This document shows, piece after piece, positions 21,301-30,887 of a DNA stretch of 30,887 bases. The position numbers were made by a program, and so were the translations under genes. The notes beneath the pieces are model-generated. The model worked only from the letters and a program-made list of their open reading frames with translations, was not told the origin of the DNA and ran no database searches. The stretch is from Escherichia coli (GTDB lineage: Bacteria; Pseudomonadota; Gammaproteobacteria; Enterobacterales; Enterobacteriaceae). Positions within the stretch are counted from its first letter, which is position 1; every line of letters begins with the position of its first letter. The stretch is from the NCBI RefSeq assembly GCF_003334785.1, contig NZ_QOWV01000027.1; one strand, written 5' to 3'.

Positions 21301-22570
21301 TCAGCAGTACCGGGTGTTCGCGGATAACTTCGTCCAGGATATCCCAAACGACAGCTTCTTCGCGCTCAACCATTTTCTTCGCAGCTTTAATGGTGGTAGC
21401 AAGACCACGCAGTTCCAGCTTGCCGTAGATGAACGGTTTGAACAGCTCCAGTGCCATTTTCTTCGGCAGACCGCACTGATGCAGACGCAGGTATGGACCT
21501 ACGGTGATTACAGAACGACCGGAGTAGTCAACACGCTTACCGAGCAGGTTCTGACGGAAACGACCCTGTTTACCTTTGATCATGTCGGCCAAAGATTTCA
21601 GAGGACGCTTGTTAGAACCGGTGATCGCACGACCGCGACGACCGTTATCCAGCAGGGCGTCTACCGCTTCCTGCAGCATACGTTTTTCGTTACGTACGAT
21701 GATGTCCGGCGCAGCCAGATCCAGCAGACGTTTCAGACGGTTGTTACGGTTAATGACGCGACGATACAGATCGTTCAGGTCAGAAGTCGCGAAACGACCA
21801 CCATCCAGCGGAACCAGCGGACGCAGATCTGGCGGCAGTACCGGCAGAACGGTCAGGATCATCCACTCTGGTTTGTTACCAGACTGAACGAACGCTTCCA
21901 GCAGTTTGATACGCTTGGTCAGCTTTTTACGCTTGGTTTCGGAGTTGGTTTCGTTCAGCTCTTCACGCAGCTGTTCGCACTCTTGCTCCAGATCCATGCT
22001 CTTCAGCAGAGCCTGGATTGCTTCCGCCCCCATCTTCGCGTCGAATTCGTCACCGAACTCTTCCAGCGCGTCCAGATACTGCTCTTCAGTCAGGATCTGC
22101 TGACGTTCCAGGTTGGTCATACCGCCTTCGATAACCACATAGGATTCAAAGTACAGTACGCGTTCGATATCGCGCAGCGGCATATCGAGCAGCAGACCGA
22201 TACGGGACGGCAGCGATTTCAGGAACCAGATGTGCGCAGTCGGGGAAGCCAGTTCGATGTGGCCCATACGCTCACGGCGTACTTTAGTCTGGGTCACTTC
22301 AACGCCGCACTTCTCACAGATGACGCCACGGTGTTTCAGGCGCTTGTACTTACCGCACAGGCACTCGTAATCTTTTACCGGCCCAAAGATACGGGCGCAG
22401 AAAAGGCCGTCACGTTCTGGTTTGAACGTACGGTAGTTGATGGTTTCCGGCTTTTTAACTTCACCGAAAGACCATGAACGGATCATGTCTGGCGAAGCCA
22501 GAGCAATTTTGATCGCATCAAACTCTTCGGTTTTAGTCTGCGCTTTCAGAAACTTTAATAAATCTTTCAC
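18347..22570 (-). CDS. rpoC: DNA-directed RNA polymerase subunit beta'
   Basis: 1407 aa; GTG start at 22570 ([48 protein letters not shown]), zinc-binding CxxC motifs, NADFDGD catalytic motif. Confidence 0.99.
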
Positions 22571-22601
22571 GGATTTGCTCCCGTCGGAGTTAGCACAATC
22601 C

Positions 22602-22625
22602 GCTGCCGGGTTTTAACCCGACAGC
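22602..22625 (-). other. Stem-loop in the 76-bp rpoB-rpoC intergenic spacer
   Basis: Minus RNA GCUGUCGGGUU-AAAA-CCCGGCAGC (one G-U), upstream of the rpoC SD GGGAG. Confidence 0.4.
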
Positions 22626-22646
22626 AGTGACCTGTTTGAGCGAGAA

Positions 22647-25600
22647 TTACTCGTCTTCCAGTTCGATGTTGATACCCAGCGAACGAATCTCTTTCAACAA
22701 TACGTTGAAGGATTCTGGCATGCCCGGCTCCATCTGATGGTTGCCGTCCACGATGTTTTTATACATCTTGGTACGACCGTTCACGTCATCAGACTTAACG
22801 GTGAGCATTTCCTGCAGGGTGTATGCTGCGCCGTATGCTTCCAGCGCCCACACTTCCATCTCCCCGAAACGCTGACCACCGAACTGTGCCTTACCACCCA
22901 GCGGCTGCTGAGTAACCAGGCTGTAAGAACCGGTGGAACGCGCGTGCATCTTGTCGTCGACCAGGTGGTTCAGTTTCAGCATGTACATGTAACCAACGGT
23001 TACCGGACGCTCGAACTGTTCACCAGTGCGACCATCGTACAGGCGGATCTGACCGGAAGTCGGCAGGTCGCCAAGTTTCAGCAGCTCTTTAATTTCTGCT
23101 TCTTTCGCACCGTCGAACACCGGCGTTGCGATTGGCATACCTTTGCGCAGGTTTTCAGCCAGACGCATAACTTCTTCATCGCTGAAGGTACTCAGGTCAA
23201 CTTTCTGACGAACGTCAGCGCCCAGATCGTACGCACGCTGGATGAATTCGCGCAGTTTCGCGACTTCTTGCTGCTGTTTCAGCATGGCGTTGATCTTGTC
23301 GCCGATACCTTTCGCAGCCATACCCAGGTGGGTTTCGAGGATCTGACCGATGTTCATACGAGACGGTACGCCCAGCGGGTTCAGTACGATGTCTACCGGC
23401 GTACCGTTTTCATCGTAAGGCATATCTTCGATCGGGTTGATCTTAGAAATTACACCCTTGTTACCGTGACGACCTGCCATCTTGTCACCAGGCTGGATAC
23501 GGCGTTTAACCGCCAGATATACCTTAACAATCTTCAGCACGCCCGGTGCCAGATCGTCGCCCTGGGTGATTTTGCGGCGTTTCGCTTCGAGTTTCTTCTC
23601 GAACTCGTGTTTCAGTTCGTCATACTGCTCAGCCAGCTGTTCCAGCTGATTTTGTTTCTCTTCGTCTGTCAGGCCCAGCTCCAGCCAGCGATCGCGCGGC
23701 AGTTTGTCGAGCTTCTCAGCTTCAACGCCACCGGCTACCAGCACAGCACGGATACGGCTGAACAGACCCGCTTCGAGGATCTGCAGTTCTTCAGACAGGT
23801 CTTTCTTCGCCTGTTTGAGCTGCATTTCTTCGATTTCCAGCGCACGTTTGTCTTTTTCTACGCCATCGCGAGTAAAGACCTGAACGTCGATAACCGTACC
23901 GGATACACCGTTTGGTACGCGCAGAGAAGAGTCTTTAACGTCAGAGGCTTTCTCACCGAAGATCGCACGCAGCAGTTTTTCTTCTGGGGTCAGCTGAGTT
24001 TCACCTTTCGGCGTTACCTTACCAACCAGAATGTCGCCACCGGTCACTTCCGCACCAATGTAAACGATACCGGATTCATCCAGTTTGGAGAGCGCAGCTT
24101 CACCCACGTTCGGGATGTCAGCGGTGATCTCTTCCGGACCCAGCTTGGTGTCACGGGACACACACGCCAGTTCCTGAATGTGGATGGTGGTGAAACGGTC
24201 TTCCTGAACAACACGCTCGGATACGAGGATGGAGTCTTCGAAGTTGTAACCATTCCACGGCATGAACGCTACGCGCATGTTCTGACCAAGCGCCAGTTCA
24301 CCGAGGTCGGTGGACGGACCGTCTGCCAGCACGTCGCCACGTTCAACCGGTTCACCCAGAGACACACACGGCATCTGGTTGATACAGGTGTTCTGGTTAG
24401 AACGGGTGTATTTGGTCAGGTTGTAGATGTCGATACCTGCTTCACCCGGATACATCTCGTCTTCGTTAACTTTGATAACGATACGGGAAGCATCCACGTA
24501 CTGAACGACACCACCACGTTTAGCTACCGCAGTTACACCGGAGTCAACGGCAACAGCACGTTCCATACCAGTACCAACCAGCGGCTTATCAGCGCGCAGA
24601 GTCGGAACGGCCTGACGTTGCATGTTCGCACCCATCAATGCACGGTTGGCGTCATCGTGTTCCAGGAACGGGATCAGGGACGCACCGACGGATACCACCT
24701 GCTGGGTGGATACGTCCATGTAGTCAACCTGGTCGCGGCTGAACAAGCTGGATTCGCCTTTGCTACGGCAAGTTACCAGGTCTTCTACGAAGTGGCCTTC
24801 TTCATCCAAGTTGGAGTTCGCCTGGGCGATAACGTAGTTGCCTTCTTCGATAGCAGACAGGTAGTGAATTTCGTCAGTTACAACACCGTCGGTCACTTTA
24901 CGATACGGAGTCTCAAGGAAGCCGTATTCGTTAGTCTGTGCGTACACGGACAGAGAGTTGATCAGACCGATGTTCGGACCTTCAGGGGTTTCGATTGGAC
25001 ATACGCGACCGTAGTGAGTCGGGTGTACGTCTCGAACTTCGAAGCCTGCACGTTCACGGGTCAGACCGCCTGGGCCGAGTGCGGAGATACGACGTTTGTG
25101 CGTAATCTCAGACAGCGGGTTGTTCTGGTCCATAAACTGAGACAGCTGGCTGGAACCGAAGAACTCTTTCACTGCTGCGGAAATCGGCTTGGCGTTGATC
25201 ATATCCTGTGGCATCAGGGTATCCAGATCGCCCAGAGACAGACGCTCTTTCACCGCACGCTCTACACGTACCAGGCCAACGCGGAACTGGTTTTCCGCCA
25301 TTTCGCCAACGGAACGGATACGACGGTTGCCGAGGTGGTCGATATCATCGACTTCGCCTTTACCGTTACGGATATCGATGAGCTTTTTCATAACATCAAT
25401 GATGTCGTCTTTGCTCAGGATACCGGAACCTTCGATTTCTTCGCGCAGCAGAGAACGGTTGAACTTCATACGACCAACCGCAGACAAGTCATAACGGTCT
25501 TCGGAGAAGAACAGGTTCTCGAACAGGCTTTCAGCTGCTTCACGAGTCGGCGGCTCGCCAGGGCGCATCATGCGGTAGATTTCTACCAGTGCGCTCAGAC

Positions 25601-26675
25601 GGTCGTTAGTTGGGTCGACACGTAAGGTTTCAGAGATATATGGGCCGTGATCCAGATCGTTGGTGAACAGCGTTTCGATACGCTTGTGACCAGACTGGCT
25701 CAGCTTAGCCAGCAGATCCAGGCTCAGCTCCATGTTCGCTGCGCAGATCAGCTCGCCGGTAGACTCATCAATATAGTCTTTAGCAACCACTTTACCTGCG
25801 ATGTACTCAACCGGGACTTCGATCAGTTTGACGTCGTCTTTTTCCAGCTGGCGAATGTGGCGCGCAGTGATACGGCGGCCTTTTTCTACGTACACTTTAC
25901 CGTTAGCTTCGATGTCAAAAGATGCGGTTTCACCACGCAGGCGTTCCGGCACCAGTTCCATCTGCAGCTTGTTATCACGGATTTCAAAGATAACTTTTTC
26001 AAAGAACAGGTCGAGGATCTGCTCTGTGGTGTAGTTCAGGGCGCGCAGAATGATGGTCGCAGGCAGTTTACGGCGACGGTCGATACGTACGAACAGGTTG
26101 TCCTTCGGATCGAATTCGAAGTCCAGCCAGGAACCACGGTAAGGGATGATACGCGCGTTATACAGCACTTTACCCGAAGAGTGGGTTTTACCTTTGTCGG
26201 AGTCAAAGAAGACGCCCGGACTACGGTGCAGCTGGGAAACGATAACACGCTCAGTACCGTTGATAACAAAGGTACCGTTGTCTGTCATGAGCGGAATTTC
26301 GCCCATGTAGACTTCTTGTTCTTTAATGTCTTTTACGGTGCCTTCCGGCGCTTCGCGCTCATAGATCACCAGACGCAGTTTAACGCGCAGCGGTGCGGAA
26401 TAGGTCACGCCACGGATTTGACATTCCTGGACGTCAAACACCGGTTCGCCAAGGCGGTAGCTGACGTATTGCAGCTCGGAATTACCGCTGTAGCTCTGAA
26501 TCGGGAATACGGAACGGAAAGCAGCTTCCAGACCATACTGCCCTTCAGGATCTTGCTCGATAAATTTCTGAAACGAGTCAAGCTGGATAGAAAGGAGATA
26601 AGGTACATCCAGAACTTGTGGACGTTTACCAAAATCCTTACGAATACGTTTTTTCTCGGTATAGGAGTAAACCAT
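22647..26675 (-). CDS. rpoB: DNA-directed RNA polymerase subunit beta
   Basis: 1342 aa from ATG 26675 ([35 protein letters not shown]) with GAGG SD; track ORF start at 26708 is an in-frame 11-codon extension. Rifampicin-resistance determining cluster I (codons 507-533, nt 25077..25157) reads [32 protein letters not shown] = wild type. Confidence 0.99.
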
Positions 26676-26924
26676 AGGGTTCCTCAGCTCGCTGACAAGT
26701 CGACCCATCTGTCCATTGAGCGGACAGTTTGTGCAACACTATTTTGTTGACCGGAAAATGGAACACTTTCCGCAATGCCTGTTGCTATCACGCTTAAACC
26801 ATTTCATTGCGATTTACACAGAACGGACGTCCTGTCGCAGTATATTAAGTCGTCGATAGAAACAAGCATTGAAAGGCACAGCAGTAGTCAAACAGTGTGA
26901 AACGCTACTGGCGCCTTACAGCGC

Positions 26925-26955
26925 AAAAAGGCTGGTGACTAAAAAGTCACCAGCC
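26925..26955 (-). terminator. rplL-rpoB intercistronic transcriptional attenuator
   Basis: Minus RNA: GGCUGGUGACU-UUUUA-GUCACCAGCC followed by UUUUUGC, about 40-70 nt after rplL stop; matches the classical partial terminator that sets the r-protein:RNAP ratio. Confidence 0.8.
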
Positions 26956-26994
26956 ATCAGCCTGATTTCTCAGGCTGCAACCGGAAGGGTTGGC

Positions 26995-27360
<366 letters not shown>

Positions 27361-27426
27361 TTAAATTGTTCCTGAATATCAGAATAAGTTTATACGTAAG
27401 CGAATGCGTTAAAAAGATAACTGCGA

Positions 27427-27924
27427 TTAAGCAGCTTCTTTCGCATCGCGTACAGCAGCCAGAGTACGAACCAGTTTGCCAGCCGAAGCTTCTTTCATGG
27501 TTGCCATCAGGCGTGCAATTGCTTCTTCGTAGGTCGGCAGAGTTGCCAGGCGGTCGATCTGAGACGCCGGGATCAGCTCACCTTCAAAGGCAGCGGCTTT
27601 GACCTCAAATTTTGCATTCGCTTTCGCGAACTCTTTGAACAGACGAGCAGCAGCGCCCGGGTGTTCCATAGAGTATGCAATCAGGGTCGGACCAACAAAC
27701 GCGTCTTTCAGGCACTCGAACGGAGTACCTTCAACAGCACGGCGCAGCAGGGTGTTACGAACAACACGCATGTATACGCCAGCTTCGCGACCTGCTTTAC
27801 GCAGTTCAGTCATTTTATCTACAGTTACGCCACGGGAATCCGCAACTACTGCAGACAGCGCGCCTTTGGCTACTTCGCTGACTTCAGCAACAATCGCTTG
27901 TTTGTCTTGAAGATTTAAAGCCAT
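27427..27924 (-). CDS. rplJ: 50S ribosomal protein L10
   Basis: 165 aa [64 protein letters not shown]. Confidence 0.99.
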
Positions 27925-28278
27925 TAGCTTTGCTCCTGGATGTTTGCCAGAGAAAATCTCTGGAACTCACTTCACTCCTCCAAACGGAGAGAGCGTCTTA
28001 ATTACGGTGAGCAGAAACAAGCCAGAATATAAAAGAATAATCTTAGCGTTCTGTCACCGTCTACGCAGGGGATTAAGTTTCTTGCGAAACTCCTGCGGTC
28101 TTCGACGGAGGCCTGGATAGGCCAGGCTCCAACGAACAAATCTTTTCTATCCGTCGCTATTCAGCTTGTGACGGCGTTGGCTTCCTTCATTCGCACCAGT
28201 CACATAGTTAGCTATGCTCCTGGCGACTCACTCAGTTGCCGCCTTGCCACAACCCGAATATCTCGGATATACGTCTGC
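27925..28278 (-). promoter_or_regulatory. Long untranslated rplJ leader (about 350 nt), site of L10-(L7/L12)4 translational feedback
   Basis: No CDS between PL10-like promoter and rplJ ATG; length matches the known rplJL leader. Internal binding site not mapped here. Confidence 0.6.
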
Positions 28279-28285
28279 ATTAAGC

Positions 28286-28314
28286 ATTATACGTGGGGGT
28301 AAGATTGTAGACAA
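28286..28314 (-). promoter_or_regulatory. Sigma70 promoter PL10-like (TTGTCT-17-TATAAT) immediately downstream of rplA
   Basis: Minus strand: -35 TTGTCT (28309..28314), 17-nt spacer, perfect -10 TATAAT (28286..28291). Confidence 0.7.
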
Positions 28315-28336
28315 AATCACCGCCCACGTAAAGGCA

Positions 28337-29565
<1,229 letters not shown>

Positions 29566-29571
29566 CGCGAA

Positions 29572-29600
29572 ATTGTATTCCAATCTCACGCCTTGTGCAA
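29572..29600 (-). promoter_or_regulatory. Sigma70 promoter PL11-like (TTGCAC-17-TACAAT)
   Basis: Minus strand: -35 TTGCAC (29595..29600), 17-nt spacer, -10 TACAAT (29572..29577), between nusG stop and rplK. Confidence 0.75.
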
Positions 29601-29631
29601 CGATTAAATCGCCGCTTTTTTGATCGCTGGG

Positions 29632-30177
29632 TTAGGCTTTTTCAACCTGGCTGAAGTCCAGCTCTACCGGGGTCGCACGACCGAAGATAGAAACAGACAC
29701 TTTCAGACGAGATTTCTCGTAATCCACTTCTTCAACAACACCGTTGAAGTCAGCGAACGGACCATCATTAACACGGACCATTTCACCCGGTTCAAACAGC
29801 GTTTTCGGACGCGGCTTATCACCAACCTGCTGCAGGCGGTTCATAATCGCATCGACTTCTTTATCGCTGATTGGCGCAGGACGATCGGAAGTACCGCCGA
29901 TGAAGCCCATCACACGCGGTACGCTGCGCACCAGGTGCCAGCTCGCGTCGTTCATCACCATCTGAACGAGGACGTAGCCAGGGAAGAATTTACGTTCGCT
30001 TTTGCGACGCTGACCGCCACGGATTTCAACCACTTCTTCGGTTGGTACCATGACTTCACCAAACAAATCTTCCATGTTGTGTAATTTGATATGCTCACGC
30101 AGCGACGTTGCTACGCGGCCTTCAAAACCGGAAAACGCCTGAACGACGTACCAGCGCTTTTTAGGAGCTTCAGACAT
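29632..30177 (-). CDS. nusG: Transcription termination/antitermination factor NusG
   Basis: 181 aa [73 protein letters not shown] (NGN + KOW). Confidence 0.99.
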
Positions 30178-30178
30178 C

Positions 30179-30562
30179 TCAGAACCTCAGGCCAGTGATA
30201 AAGGATACCAGGCGAACCAGAATACCATCCAGTCCCCACAGGATCAGTGACATTACTGCGGTAACCGCAGCCACAATCAGCGTGGTGTGCAATGTTTCCT
30301 GGCGAGTCGGCCAAATGACCTTACGGACTTCGGTACGCGCTTCACGGGCAAAAGCAACGGTAGCTTTACCTTTTGTCGTTAACAGCGCGACACCACCCGC
30401 TGCAGCAATCAGAATTACTACGGCCAGCGCACGCAGCGGCAGCATAATGTCGCGATAAAGATAGTTGCCGACAATCGCCACCAGGAGCAATGCCACCACA
30501 ACGACCCACTTCATCGCTTCCAGGCCGCGCCCGCTTCCTTGAGCTTCGGTATTCGCACTCAT
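30179..30562 (-). CDS. secE: Protein translocase subunit SecE
   Basis: 127 aa, three TM segments, [38 protein letters not shown]; 1-nt gap to nusG. Confidence 0.98.
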
Positions 30563-30648
30563 AAACCAACCTGTCAGAAGTTTTCTACAAACATTTTCAC
30601 CCCGCGATCGCGAGGCAAACCAAATCGAAACGCGTATTAGCTTTTCGG

Positions 30649-30654
30649 ATTATA
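30649..30654 (-). promoter_or_regulatory. -10 hexamer (TATAAT) of a candidate secE-nusG promoter
   Basis: Perfect TATAAT on minus strand about 90 nt upstream of secE ATG; -35 is weak (GAGACA/TTGCTG alternatives). Confidence 0.4.
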
Positions 30655-30734
30655 CGCCCTCAACAGAGCCTGTCTCAGCAATGATTATGACAAAGAAAAT
30701 CACTGATGAGCCAGGTTCTGGTACGAAAGCGTGC

Positions 30735-30761
30735 AAAAAGGGCATCAAATGATGCCCTTTT
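30735..30761 (-). terminator. tufB intrinsic terminator
   Basis: Minus RNA AAAGGGCAUC-AUUU-GAUGCCCUUUUU about 30 nt after the tufB stop; symmetric A/T flanks. Confidence 0.8.
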
Positions 30762-30791
30762 AGTGCGCATTGCGTCAAATGTTATCGGCAA

Positions 30792-30887
<96 letters not shown>

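Noticed and set aside
18473-22477. Two very long plus-strand ORFs (803 aa at 18473..20884 and 513 aa at 20936..22477) antisense to rpoC
   Set aside because: They lie entirely inside rpoC on the opposite strand, have low-complexity, Cys/Arg/Thr/Val-rich translations with no recognisable domains, and no RBS context. Long stop-free antisense frames are a well-known by-product of the codon bias of highly expressed genes.
22737-26750. Plus-strand ORFs of 962 aa (22737..25625) and 367 aa (25647..26750) antisense to rpoB
   Set aside because: Same reasoning: fully embedded antisense to rpoB, compositionally biased translation, no start-site signals; rpoB on the minus strand is unambiguous.

Overview
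This window reads as a fully canonical Escherichia coli / Shigella core-chromosome segment; I do not see a novel or accessory system in it. Every ORF of credible length matches a well-known housekeeping protein at its expected length. Gene order, left to right: rrn-type P1 promoter firing leftward out of the window; purH-purD (+); zraR-zraS (-) and zraP (+) with a sigma54 control region between them; yjaH-hupA-yjaG (-); nfi-hemE-nudC (-); rsd (+); TPP riboswitch and thiCEFSGH (+); a candidate sRNA (SroH-like) in the thiH/htrC convergent spacer; htrC/yjaZ (-); then the rif region on the minus strand, tufB (3' end only)-secE-nusG-rplK-rplA-rplJ-rplL-rpoB-rpoC. There are no integrases, transposases, IS ends, phage genes, CRISPR repeats, toxin-antitoxin pairs or defence-island signatures. 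The findings are therefore regulatory and structural details (promoters, operators, attenuators, terminators, unusual palindromes, gene overlaps), most of them already described for E. coli K-12. Coordinates of CDSs were checked codon by codon against the sequence; promoter and terminator calls are motif-based and unverified.
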